This document shows positions 1 through 8,830 of a stretch of 64,000 nt of DNA, piece by piece. The stretch comes from Nitrospira sp. (GTDB lineage Bacteria; Nitrospirota; Nitrospiria; Nitrospirales; Nitrospiraceae). Both the position numbers and the translations under genes were made by a program. The notes below the pieces were generated by a model. The model had not been told where the DNA came from. It worked only from the letters and a program-made list of their open reading frames with translations, and did no database searches. The stretch is from positions 1,337,176-1,401,175 of the forward strand of contig AP038806.1 in NCBI GenBank assembly GCA_047150005.1. Reading direction: 5' to 3'. Each line of letters begins with the position of its first letter. Position 1 is the first letter of the stretch.

Positions 1-258
1 CCGGAACGCTCGGATCAGCTCATGGTCCCTTAGATAAAGCGTTCGCCTTCCTTGTTCCTCGCCCCATCTCACGACGAGTTGATCATGGTCCAGCCCGCCG
101 GCCGACACGGACAGGCTGCTAAAGGGAACGACGTCCCCATCCGGTCGTAACGGCTGACCGTCAAATCGAAGCGTGATGCCGGAAGGAACGATTTCCACAT
201 GGCAGGGCAACCCGGTAGCGGGAAATTCGGCGCCGAAACAAAGAGCGTTGGCTTCCAT
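1..258 (-). CDS. N-terminal part of a protein running off the window edge (hypothetical; possibly an M48 peptidase N-terminus, unverified)
   Basis: Hand translation from ATG at 258: MEANALCFGAEFPATGLPCHVEIVPSGITLRFDGQPLRPDGDVVPFSSLSVSAGGLDHDQLVVRWGEEQGRRTLYLRDHELIRAFR. The frame is open to position 1 and lies 40 bp downstream of the co-oriented TIGR00266 gene. It is absent from the ORF track because it has no stop in the window. Confidence 0.7.
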   Translation of the reverse strand, partial: MEANALCFGAEFPATGLPCHVEIVPSGITLRFDGQPLRPDGDVVPFSSLSVSAGGLDHDQLVVRWGEEQGRRTLYLRDHELIRAFR

Positions 259-297
259 AGGGGTACGGAGGGATAGAGGATTCCCGCTACCCCTTCG

Positions 298-981
298 TCA
301 TTCAGACACCGGGATAAACTGTCTGATCCAATGGCCGAACCCTCCCGGGTTTCGGCTTTGGATATAGACGACGCCGGGGCCCTGGAATCGGCAGACGAAT
401 CCTTCTCCGGACGTGAAACTCGCGACCCACCCGGCGGCTGCCCGTTCGACATGGTAGGACGTCGTCGCCGACCATGCGACCAGGTGGCTGTTGTCGACGA
501 TGTACTCCTGGTCGGGCTTGAGATCGATTCGGTGAATTGCTCCAAAGCTGTTCAGGATCAGCGTCCCCTTGCCGCTGAGCTTGAGGATAAAGAACCCCTC
601 GCCGCCAAGCAGGCCACGGCTGAGACTTTGCATCTGACTGTCGATCTTCACCGTTTCGGCACCTGCGAGAAACCCGTCTTTTTGCACCAGATACTCATTG
701 AGGCCGTCGAGCTCTATCACGACGATTTCACCCGGCACCGTGGGAGCCAGCAGGACTTCGCCCGGCCCTCGACTGGCTCGCAGCGTCTGGAAGAAGAACT
801 TTTCGCCCGTCAGAAACTTGCGCGAGAGCGCCCCCAGAAATCCTCCCTCCATCTTGCTTTCGACGTCGATCGTGGGAGACGAGGCCACCATTGCCCCGGA
901 TTCGGCCTTAATGGTTTCGCCATCCGACAATTCGATACGGACCATCGGAAATGCCCCCGGATAGAGAATTTCGCTTTTCAT
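298..981 (-). CDS. TIGR00266 / AIM24 (DUF124) family protein
   Basis: Typical motifs: GETIKAESGAMVA, GEKFFFQT, LLGGEGFFILKLSGKG, YIVDNSHLVAW, SGEGFVCRFQGPGVVYIQSRNP. Confidence 0.92.
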   Translation of the reverse strand: MKSEILYPGAFPMVRIELSDGETIKAESGAMVASSPTIDVESKMEGGFLGALSRKFLTGEKFFFQTLRASRGPGEVLLAPTVPGEIVVIELDGLNEYLVQKDGFLAGAETVKIDSQMQSLSRGLLGGEGFFILKLSGKGTLILNSFGAIHRIDLKPDQEYIVDNSHLVAWSATTSYHVERAAAGWVASFTSGEGFVCRFQGPGVVYIQSRNPGGFGHWIRQFIPVSE

Positions 982-1062
982 TCGTGTGCCTCTTTCTGTT
1001 TCCTGTAACCTTTGACGGAGGCGAACGACCGGAAGGACGTCGCCGCGACCCCGCTCATTCCG

Positions 1063-2544
1063 CTATCCCGCAACCCAGCCGTACAGCCTGTGGCTGGGCT
1101 CGGGCCCTTCCTCAAGGTAACTCATCCTCATCCGTCCCAGATAGTCGCGAGGGACCTCGCGCCGGGTCGCCGTCACGTCGACGCCGAACACCCGCGCGGC
1201 ATTCAATCCGAAGATCTTGGCTTTCACGTCGCGGGTCAGAGGCTGATACCGATGCCGTTCGACGAATTCGTCGGGAATCTGGAATCGCCGGAATGCTTCG
1301 ATCTGCCACTGAGGCGATCCGTACCAGATTGAATCCGTTCCCCACAGAACATGCTCGACTCCAAATGCCTCGACGATTTGTCCGATAAGATGCGCGCACA
1401 TCTCCGGCCGGGCCGTCACCAGCTGCGCAAACGTCGATCCGAGTTCCATGTAGATATTGGTCATCCCCGGCTCGCGTTTCTTCATTCTGCAAAATTCCGT
1501 CGTCCACGGGATCTCGCCCGATTGGGCGAAGACGTCGTCGATCCCGGCCACGGTCTTGAAACCGGAGTGGTAAACCAAGAAGGTGATGTCGGGAAAATCT
1601 TTAGCCGCCTTGATGAGATCTTTCGGATGATTGTAGTCCGGTACGGGACCGAGCGGCAGGCCTTTGTGGACACAGACCCGCTTGACGTTCAGCTTCCGCG
1701 CCTGCTCGAGCATCGGATATGACACCGTCTCATCGTCCATCCACCATCCCCGGTCGAACCCTTTCGGACAGGATCCCGTGTAACACTTCCAGGCCTCGAT
1801 GCCCAACGTTTCGGCCTGCATGGCCATGAAATCGAGGTCGGCCGAGCCCAATTGCGGAGTGGCCAGTCCGTGGGCGAGCATCCGGCGCGATCCGGCCAGC
1901 TCGTTGATTTCGTCGCGGATATGCGCCATTTCCTTCGGAGGAACGACCGCGGCTTGGGGATAGGGACCAGGAGGCGTGCTGATCAACCCGATCGACGTCT
2001 CACTGTCCAGAAATATTTCCTTCACAAAGTTCTGCCACGACAAGTCATCCATCGTTCCTCGATCTCCGGCCAGGGCGGGATTGACGCCGGTTTCCCGGAT
2101 TCGCCGCCTGAGGGCGATCAATGCCTGTTTGGACACCGCGCCCTTCCTTCGGCTCTCCGCGTCAGTCGGATCGTAATCCGTGCTCACGTAGTGCGTCTGC
2201 ACGTCGAAGATGAAGTACGGATCGCCCTGCTGCTCGGCAAAGGCCGACGGCTCAAACAACTCCACCTCCCCGATGCCGAAGAAACGGCCGAAGATTCCGT
2301 TCATCGCCAGCAAGGCGGCGGCGATGCCGCCCGTGCCGCGGAGGAACTCCCGCCTCGATATGCCGAGGCGCCCGGCCGCCCGGTCGGCCAGATGCGCGAC
2401 CCGATATTCGACGCGACCTTGTTGGAGGGTCTGGGGAACGGGGATGAATTCCCCATTGGAAACGTTGCGTGTGGGGATCGGTGTGACGGACAGCGATCCC
2501 CTGGTGAACGAACCGGATCCGCCGGTGCGCTGAGGCGGCATCAT
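1063..2544 (-). CDS. Amidohydrolase family protein with a twin-arginine-like segment
   Basis: FDVQTHY, CVHKGLP, VYHSG, MELGSTF and LWGTDSIW amidohydrolase_2 motifs, plus SRREFLRG followed by a hydrophobic stretch. Start moved to ATG 2544 because a sigma70-like promoter lies at 2572-2600. Confidence 0.85.
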   Translation of the reverse strand: MMPPQRTGGSGSFTRGSLSVTPIPTRNVSNGEFIPVPQTLQQGRVEYRVAHLADRAAGRLGISRREFLRGTGGIAAALLAMNGIFGRFFGIGEVELFEPSAFAEQQGDPYFIFDVQTHYVSTDYDPTDAESRRKGAVSKQALIALRRRIRETGVNPALAGDRGTMDDLSWQNFVKEIFLDSETSIGLISTPPGPYPQAAVVPPKEMAHIRDEINELAGSRRMLAHGLATPQLGSADLDFMAMQAETLGIEAWKCYTGSCPKGFDRGWWMDDETVSYPMLEQARKLNVKRVCVHKGLPLGPVPDYNHPKDLIKAAKDFPDITFLVYHSGFKTVAGIDDVFAQSGEIPWTTEFCRMKKREPGMTNIYMELGSTFAQLVTARPEMCAHLIGQIVEAFGVEHVLWGTDSIWYGSPQWQIEAFRRFQIPDEFVERHRYQPLTRDVKAKIFGLNAARVFGVDVTATRREVPRDYLGRMRMSYLEEGPEPSHRLYGWVAG

Positions 2545-2571
2545 GTTCCTCGTAAGCCGGGTGACTGTCAG

Positions 2572-2600
2572 ATTCTGTGGAATACCGAGCGGGGTGTCAA
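2572..2600 (-). promoter_or_regulatory. sigma70-type promoter candidate for the amidohydrolase
   Basis: Minus strand reads TTGACA-N17-CAGAAT, ending about 28 nt upstream of ATG 2544. Confidence 0.6.
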
Positions 2601-2689
2601 GCAGAGCGGAGCCGGAGGGGCGTACTGCGACAGATTGCCGCGGGGCCGAGCGATCGTCTCGCGAGCGGTCCCAAGGAGAGGGGGTGGTA

Positions 2690-5600
2690 TTACTTGGAGG
2701 CGCGTTTGGACTCGACCGCGCCGGATTGGAGAGATGGAATCGCGACAACTACGTCCTGTCCGGGATCCCCGCCTTGATCCTTTCCGTCTCGGCCGACGCT
2801 ATACAACAGACGCTTCTCCTGGTTGATCAACATGGGAAATCCGGTGAACGGGTCATAGTACGCTTGCCCGGCCTTGGCAAGACGCGTCAGCACATCTCCT
2901 TCCTGAGGTCCACGACGAACCCAGAGTTGCAAGCTGGCCAGTCGCAATTGCGCATCGGTTTCGACCATCCGTCCCACATACGAGTCCCAGGAGGGTAAGG
3001 GGTCGATGCCGATGACGTGCTCGAGGGGATTGGCCCAGTAGTCGACGAAGCTCATGGCGGAGGTCCTGACAAACTGCGACCGTTTGGGAAGATTGACGTA
3101 CCGCCCCTCTGCGACGGCCTTGTTGGCTGCTTCATAGTATTCAGCGTAGGCGTTTGCGCGCCGCTGCACAGGCAAAGGCATGGCGGCCGCCATCGACACG
3201 TAGAGCGGATGTGCTTCTGTCCGGTATTTCTTCAGGTCGGCCGCGACGTTTCGTGTGGCCCAGGCAAACTGGCTCTGCATTGGCCATCGGACGGACAGCT
3301 CCAGTTGATCAAGGGGGCGCACGATCTTGGACAGGCGATTGATCACCGCCGCATCCGCATCGGAACGGGTCAAAACCGACGAAGCCAACCTCACATCATC
3401 CTGCACCGCGGCGACTGCCAGCATCTTCATCATGAGTGTCTTGGATTGCCCGAGCACCGCTCTCCACGACTCCATGTCTTTCTCCAGTCTCGTTACCCCC
3501 GAAACCAGATCCTGATTGAAGCCCTCCATGAGATACAATCGGTGGGTCAGGAGCATGTGCGCGCAATTCGGACTGAGCATCTGCCCGAATCCCCAATCAT
3601 CAAACGGCATCCCCAAGTACTGCTGATATCTGGAAAGCGACGTCGTCTCCTTGGCCAGAAGGGATCGAAGCGCATCTGATCCGGCTTTCGCTTGCACGAT
3701 AGGGTCGGCGCGTTTGAACCAGCCGTCTACGATGCCGGACCCCGACCCCGTACCGGATGCCGCGGTCTTGACCTCGTGCTCCGACATACACCCTTGAGAT
3801 TGTGAGAGGTCTTGCTCATCCGGCTTACGTTCATATCCAACCTTCAACGGATCGCCGCCTGATGGAGCGTCGAAGCCCAGCAGCAGAAGGTAGCCATTAC
3901 TCTTGGGATCGGTAATCGTCCGCTGCGGACCCGAGGTGAGAGTCTGATAACGCGGTGTCGGGGCTTCTTCCATTGCGATCCACGAGACGGCAAGTACTCC
4001 TACACCAAGCGCGAGGACGACCAGGCTGAGAATTGCCAGACTGACACACAACAACACGAATGCCCTGGTCGTCGAAAAGCAGGAGCCGAGGAGGGATGTG
4101 ACGGTAAAACGCAGCCGCGCCAAGCGGGCGGACCATCGGAGAGCAGACCTCGGTGGTGTCGTATGTTCCGTCGTCTGAATGGCCTGACCTTGACCGCTCC
4201 CTCCAAAGAGCGCGTCGACGGCGGCGGCAACTGACGAGCGGCTCGGTTCCTCGAACGATCCGAACGATTCGGATCGGAGAAGCGGCATCGCAGATGCCGG
4301 CGCCGCAGGTTGCGCAAGCACAATCGCATCACTGGCTTGTACCCATTCCGGCCTCGTATCCTGCGGTGGCGGGACGGGCTCTTCCTCGGCAGGTCCCGGG
4401 AGCACGGTTGCGACTGTTTTATCCGCTCCGGTTGCTTCCCATCCCTGCGACAACTCGGAGACCGATTCGGTCGGTGCGTCCGCGCTTGCCGCGGGTCGCG
4501 GAGGTTCGCTCAAGTCGACCGATTGAGCCGCCCATGTCTTCTTTTCAACGGTCGGACGGTAATGTTGCACCGCGACCTCCCCGGTGTTCCACCAAGCGTC
4601 CGTTTCGCTCGAGGGAGTCGCGGTCCCTGTCGTCGCATTCGCCCCGGCAACATCCGGCGACATGTCCTTCACGAGTGGTTCCTGGACGTGAGCCGACTCC
4701 GTGAGAGCAGCGGCAGGAACGGTCTCCGTGTCGGGGGCAAGCCGGAACTCGGGAGAAGGCTTCTGCAGAGCGGCATCGAATTGGGCTGGTTCCGACGGAA
4801 CGTTGTCCGCTCCCTGGTTCTCGACGGTCCGACCCATCGGATCGCCGACCGCAGGGGAAGAAGCGACGGCATCCACACCCGCCGGTTCTAGAATCCGAGG
4901 CTCCTCGACCGGACTAGGCTCCGAAAGTTCCGAACTCGATTGGAGGCTCGTCGCCTGAGTCCAGAGGGGCTCCGGAACCCCGCTTTGCCGTTGGGGATCA
5001 CTCGACGACGGCATGACAGGCGTGGTCGGTGCGATCGAAAATTCGAGCGGCGGCGCGGGCACAGAGGTTTCGACTTCTTGAGCACCGGCTGACGGCATGG
5101 AGGGGGGTTCAGAGGTCTCGACCAGCCTGTCCAGCAGCGCAGGCGGGACGTCCGACTCGGCCGCTACCGTCGATTCTGGTTCTTTCGGTATATCCGGAGT
5201 ACCGGGGGCCGTCGTACCGACTGCAATCTTCCAAGCAGAGTCGAAGATTGCGTTCCAGGAAAAGGACAAGGATGACGAAGGGGTAGGAGAGGGCTGAGAT
5301 TCACCCGTGGATTCGGCCGGTTGAATGATCGGCTCGGCTCCGATCACGCCTCGTTGGTCGATAGCGGCAGGGTACTCACTGGATGTGGGAGGAGAGAGCG
5401 GAATGGATGAAGACTCCGTGGATAAGGCCGGGGACGAGGCCGGCTCGGATTCGAGAATCGCCGGCTTGTCGGCGGACGACTCCGCCACGACCGGAGGCTC
5501 CGTGACGACCGGAGGCTCCGGCTCGACAATCTCAAGACCCGGATCCGCGACATGTTCCCAAGGCATCCGCGACGGCATCGACGGAGGCTCGGTCGCGGGC

Positions 5601-6634
5601 GCATCGGCCGAATTTACGGAATCGAAAACCGATTCCGATATCGAGAGGCTCGGCGAAACGGATGCGAGGTCCGGCTCATAGCGCGGCAGGACCGGATCGG
5701 GTGACTCCTCAGGCGACCGGTCCAATGCCGTTTGTGATTCCACCACGACGGCTTCGTGTTCCGACGGCAAACCGAAAGCGGAAGCGCCTGCGGACAGAGC
5801 CGGAACCGCAAGAGGCGATGGCGGCCTCTCCACGAGCGGCACTTCCATCTCCCGTACGGGAGGTGTGGACGCCAAGGCTGTCGAGTGATCTTCCAAGGAA
5901 GACATGGAAGCGGGAGAAGAAACCGGCGGCACCGACTCGTCCAGACGTTCCCATGGCATGACCTCCGTCATAGGGTTCGTCCTGTCCGAGATCGTCGAAG
6001 CATCACCCTGCGGAGGGTCTTCTCCATCGCGCAGCGGCTCGCCTTCACGAGGTTGTCGTCGAAATTCGCCCGTCTGGATATCGAACGAGGAGGCGAACTG
6101 AAAGGCGACGGGACTGGCGGGGGCCAGCTCTCTGATCCTTCCGTAGAGCTGAGAAGGTTTCTGAGGGTGGTCAGGATCGGGGTCTTCCAATAGAATTTCG
6201 ATCGCTTTTCCCAGTTCGGCCACGGCCGCCATCGCGTCCCCTTTTTCCTCGTACACATGGGCCAGGAGTTCGAGAAAGGGTATGCACCGAGGGCCGGCCG
6301 CGAGATACTCTCGCAGGAGGGATTCGGCGAGCCAGTAATCCTGTCTCCCGATCGCCTCATTGGCCAACGATTCAAACGCCTCCCTTGCCGTCACGAGGCT
6401 GCCCAGTCGAAGGTGCAGTGTGGCAAAGAGGCGGCGAGCCTCCATGTTTTGGGGATCGAGCACCAGGAGTTCTTTGAGCGTGGCGGACGACCGGCCGTAC
6501 TTGCCGGCGTTCATGTGAGTGATGGCTTCTTCGAGGAGAGCGCTTTTCTTGCTGTACCCGACGACGCCCTGCTTGGGTCCTTTAGCCCCGGGTTTCTTGT
6601 CGGGTTTGTGTGATGCTCGTTTGTCGGTCCGCAC
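2690..6634 (-). CDS. Large bitopic membrane protein: N-terminal TPR-like region, long Pro/Ser/Glu-rich linker, one TM helix, C-terminal extracytoplasmic domain
   Basis: 1314-aa ORF with helical TPR-like N-terminus (LDPQNMEARRLFATLHLRLG), low-complexity linker, hydrophobic AFVLLCVSLAILSLVVLALGVGVLAVSWIAM, and C-terminal DPFTG...LYSVGRDGKDQGGD motif. Confidence 0.85.
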   Translation of the reverse strand: MRTDKRASHKPDKKPGAKGPKQGVVGYSKKSALLEEAITHMNAGKYGRSSATLKELLVLDPQNMEARRLFATLHLRLGSLVTAREAFESLANEAIGRQDYWLAESLLREYLAAGPRCIPFLELLAHVYEEKGDAMAAVAELGKAIEILLEDPDPDHPQKPSQLYGRIRELAPASPVAFQFASSFDIQTGEFRRQPREGEPLRDGEDPPQGDASTISDRTNPMTEVMPWERLDESVPPVSSPASMSSLEDHSTALASTPPVREMEVPLVERPPSPLAVPALSAGASAFGLPSEHEAVVVESQTALDRSPEESPDPVLPRYEPDLASVSPSLSISESVFDSVNSADAPATEPPSMPSRMPWEHVADPGLEIVEPEPPVVTEPPVVAESSADKPAILESEPASSPALSTESSSIPLSPPTSSEYPAAIDQRGVIGAEPIIQPAESTGESQPSPTPSSSLSFSWNAIFDSAWKIAVGTTAPGTPDIPKEPESTVAAESDVPPALLDRLVETSEPPSMPSAGAQEVETSVPAPPLEFSIAPTTPVMPSSSDPQRQSGVPEPLWTQATSLQSSSELSEPSPVEEPRILEPAGVDAVASSPAVGDPMGRTVENQGADNVPSEPAQFDAALQKPSPEFRLAPDTETVPAAALTESAHVQEPLVKDMSPDVAGANATTGTATPSSETDAWWNTGEVAVQHYRPTVEKKTWAAQSVDLSEPPRPAASADAPTESVSELSQGWEATGADKTVATVLPGPAEEEPVPPPQDTRPEWVQASDAIVLAQPAAPASAMPLLRSESFGSFEEPSRSSVAAAVDALFGGSGQGQAIQTTEHTTPPRSALRWSARLARLRFTVTSLLGSCFSTTRAFVLLCVSLAILSLVVLALGVGVLAVSWIAMEEAPTPRYQTLTSGPQRTITDPKSNGYLLLLGFDAPSGGDPLKVGYERKPDEQDLSQSQGCMSEHEVKTAASGTGSGSGIVDGWFKRADPIVQAKAGSDALRSLLAKETTSLSRYQQYLGMPFDDWGFGQMLSPNCAHMLLTHRLYLMEGFNQDLVSGVTRLEKDMESWRAVLGQSKTLMMKMLAVAAVQDDVRLASSVLTRSDADAAVINRLSKIVRPLDQLELSVRWPMQSQFAWATRNVAADLKKYRTEAHPLYVSMAAAMPLPVQRRANAYAEYYEAANKAVAEGRYVNLPKRSQFVRTSAMSFVDYWANPLEHVIGIDPLPSWDSYVGRMVETDAQLRLASLQLWVRRGPQEGDVLTRLAKAGQAYYDPFTGFPMLINQEKRLLYSVGRDGKDQGGDPGQDVVVAIPSLQSGAVESKRASK

Positions 6635-6749
6635 GTTTCAACCTTACCAGATGATGGCTTGCACGCAGTGGTTCCGCCGCTTGCTCGAGCCTCGGCTCGA
6701 TCGCGTGATTCGACTATGTCCGTGCGGAGTGAGGAACCGGATTGGCTTG

Positions 6750-6765
6750 TGCAATCCTGATGCCA
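6750..6765 (-). promoter_or_regulatory. sigma54 (RpoN) -24/-12 promoter
   Basis: Minus strand TGGCATCAGGATTGCA matches TGGCAY-N5-TTGCW with exact GG-N10-GC spacing. It points toward the 1314-aa gene about 115 nt downstream. Confidence 0.75.
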
Positions 6766-7057
6766 TTGTGGCGCGAATGCCCGCAAGGATGAGCCTTTAA
6801 TTCCGGTCGGTTAGCCCGATCCTGTTCTCCTGGTTTCTTATTTTTCTTCCAAAAATGCACATCCCAGTCGAGAATGATCGGAGGGCCATCAGGGTCAGCA
6901 CGGAGTCGACATCCCCTTGCAGGGCCTCTCTCGGAAACAGGTTCCCGAGAGGACACTGGTCCCTGAAGGTTGTGTCACGAGAAGGCTTGTGGTAGCGTCA
7001 AGCCCTTATTGCTCCGTGAATGCCCATGATGGGATTTGGGTCAATTGCGAGAGACCG

Positions 7058-8659
7058 ATGCGCATTCGGGCTTTTTCATGGTTCATGGTCTTGCGAGGAG
7101 CCATTGCGCTCGCCCTGTTACTGGTGTGCGAGACCTCCCTGCCGCCTATCGCCAACGGAGAAACCGCGCCGCCCTCCCCCGGTCGAGTCAGTCTTGACTT
7201 CAATGAAGTGGAACTGCCCGTCTTCGTGCGGTTTATCAGCGAACTGACGGGGAAGAACTTCGTTCTCGACGATAATGTGAAGAAGGCCGGCGGAAAGATC
7301 ACCGTCTTTTCCCCGACCAAGGTCAACCAGGAGCAGGCCTATAACCTCTTTGTTTCGGCGCTGGAAGTGAGTCGGTTGGCGGTCGTTCCGAAAGGCTCCG
7401 TCTATCAGATCGTCCCGATGGGGGAATTGCCGCCGGAACGAGGGGTCTTCGTGTACAAGTTGAAGCATGCGAACGCGACGGACCTTGCCGCCGTGTTGAC
7501 GAATCTGGTGGCCCGGTCTCAAACGGTAGCCCAGATCACACCGGGCACCCGACCACCCATCAGGCCGCTGACGGAATTTGAGGCGCCGGTTCAAGTCTTC
7601 GCGGACAAGGCGACCAATGCCATAATCATTAGTTCGACCAAAGCCGCCTACAGCAAGTTGCAGGCTGTCATCCGCGATTTGGATACCCGCCGCAAACAAG
7701 TCTTTGTCGAGGCCGTGATCCTTGAGGTCCAGGTCGACCGTCTCAAGCAGATCGGAACCGATCCTGTCCAGTTGATCGGCGTCGGAAAAAGTGGAAACGT
7801 CCAGGGTATCGTCGGAGTCAATACGGCCCCCGAAAACCTTTCCACTATCGCGCAAACCATCCTCGGCCTGGGCGCCGACGCATCGACCGGGGGAGCCTTG
7901 TCGGTACTGAACACCGTCAACGTTCGGGCGTTCCTGCAGTTGCTCATGAACCTCACCGACACGAACATTCTTTCCACGCCGCAGGTCCTGGCCGCGGATA
8001 ATCAAAAGGCCAAAATTGTGGTCGGAGAAAATCGGCCCTTCCCCACAGGGCAAGCACAAGGCATCACAGGCGGTACCCTCGTCACGATCGAGCGCAAAGA
8101 CGTCGGCGTCACGTTGGAGTTGACTCCCCAGGTGCTCGAAGACGACATGATCCGTTTGGAGATCAAGCAGGAGATCACGGCCATTGCTGAGAACGTCGCC
8201 CAGACTATTGGAAGCGGCACCTCGAGCGTACCCGTCGGACCCACCACCACCAAACGCTCGATGGAAACAACGACGGTGGCCAAAGATCAGCAAACACTGG
8301 TGGTCGGAGGATTGGTACGGGACAATATCGTCATCAGCGAGCGCAAGATTCCGATGCTCGGCGATATTCCCTATTTGGGCTGGCTGTTCAAATTTCAGGG
8401 CCGCGCGACCGAAAAACTCAACTTGCTGGTCTTTCTGACGCCGACCCTCGTCAGGGACGACGTCGACGTGGTCGATCTGAATGCGAGGAAGGCGACAGAG
8501 CTCAGCACATTCCAGCGCGAGAACCGGATCGAGGAACCCACGAGATTGAAACAGGAAGTTCTGGAGAAACTCGAACGTCAGGGCATACCGACTCGACCGC
8601 TCCCCCCATCCTCCACCAGCCCATCCGGAAGCGCCGCGCCGGCGGCGAGACCGGAGTGA
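7058..8659 (+). CDS. gspD: Secretin, GspD-like, with a shortened periplasmic region
   Basis: Signal peptide, N0 domain (VSLDFNEVELPVFVRFISELTGKNFV), one N3-like domain (LDTRRKQVFVEAVILEV) and a secretin core (ILSTPQVLAADNQKAKIVVG, KIPMLGDIPYLGWLF, NLLVFLTPT). Start taken at ATG 7058. Confidence 0.9.
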   Translation: MRIRAFSWFMVLRGAIALALLLVCETSLPPIANGETAPPSPGRVSLDFNEVELPVFVRFISELTGKNFVLDDNVKKAGGKITVFSPTKVNQEQAYNLFVSALEVSRLAVVPKGSVYQIVPMGELPPERGVFVYKLKHANATDLAAVLTNLVARSQTVAQITPGTRPPIRPLTEFEAPVQVFADKATNAIIISSTKAAYSKLQAVIRDLDTRRKQVFVEAVILEVQVDRLKQIGTDPVQLIGVGKSGNVQGIVGVNTAPENLSTIAQTILGLGADASTGGALSVLNTVNVRAFLQLLMNLTDTNILSTPQVLAADNQKAKIVVGENRPFPTGQAQGITGGTLVTIERKDVGVTLELTPQVLEDDMIRLEIKQEITAIAENVAQTIGSGTSSVPVGPTTTKRSMETTTVAKDQQTLVVGGLVRDNIVISERKIPMLGDIPYLGWLFKFQGRATEKLNLLVFLTPTLVRDDVDVVDLNARKATELSTFQRENRIEEPTRLKQEVLEKLERQGIPTRPLPPSSTSPSGSAAPAARPE

Positions 8660-8830
8660 TGCGCACAGGTCTGCAATTCCGCACGTGAGTCTTCCCCAGT
8701 TTCCCGAGCTTTCGATCAACAGGGAACCAGGAACATGCCCCTCTCGCAGTCTATCCGCTGACACGCCTTGATTAGACTCTTGAGAAGAGGTAGCTTCCTT
8801 CGTTCCATGCGGAAGCAGGAGAAAGAGGTG

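Noticed and set aside
180-250. Possible c-di-GMP riboswitch-like sequence (GGCAGGGCAACCC...GAAA)
   Set aside because: It lies inside the minus-strand CDS 1-258 and the second stem and conserved core could not be built.
5487-5520. Tandem repeat ACGACCGGAGGCTCCG x2
   Set aside because: This is an 18-bp-period coding repeat (EPPVVT/EPPVVA) in the disordered linker, not a separate element.
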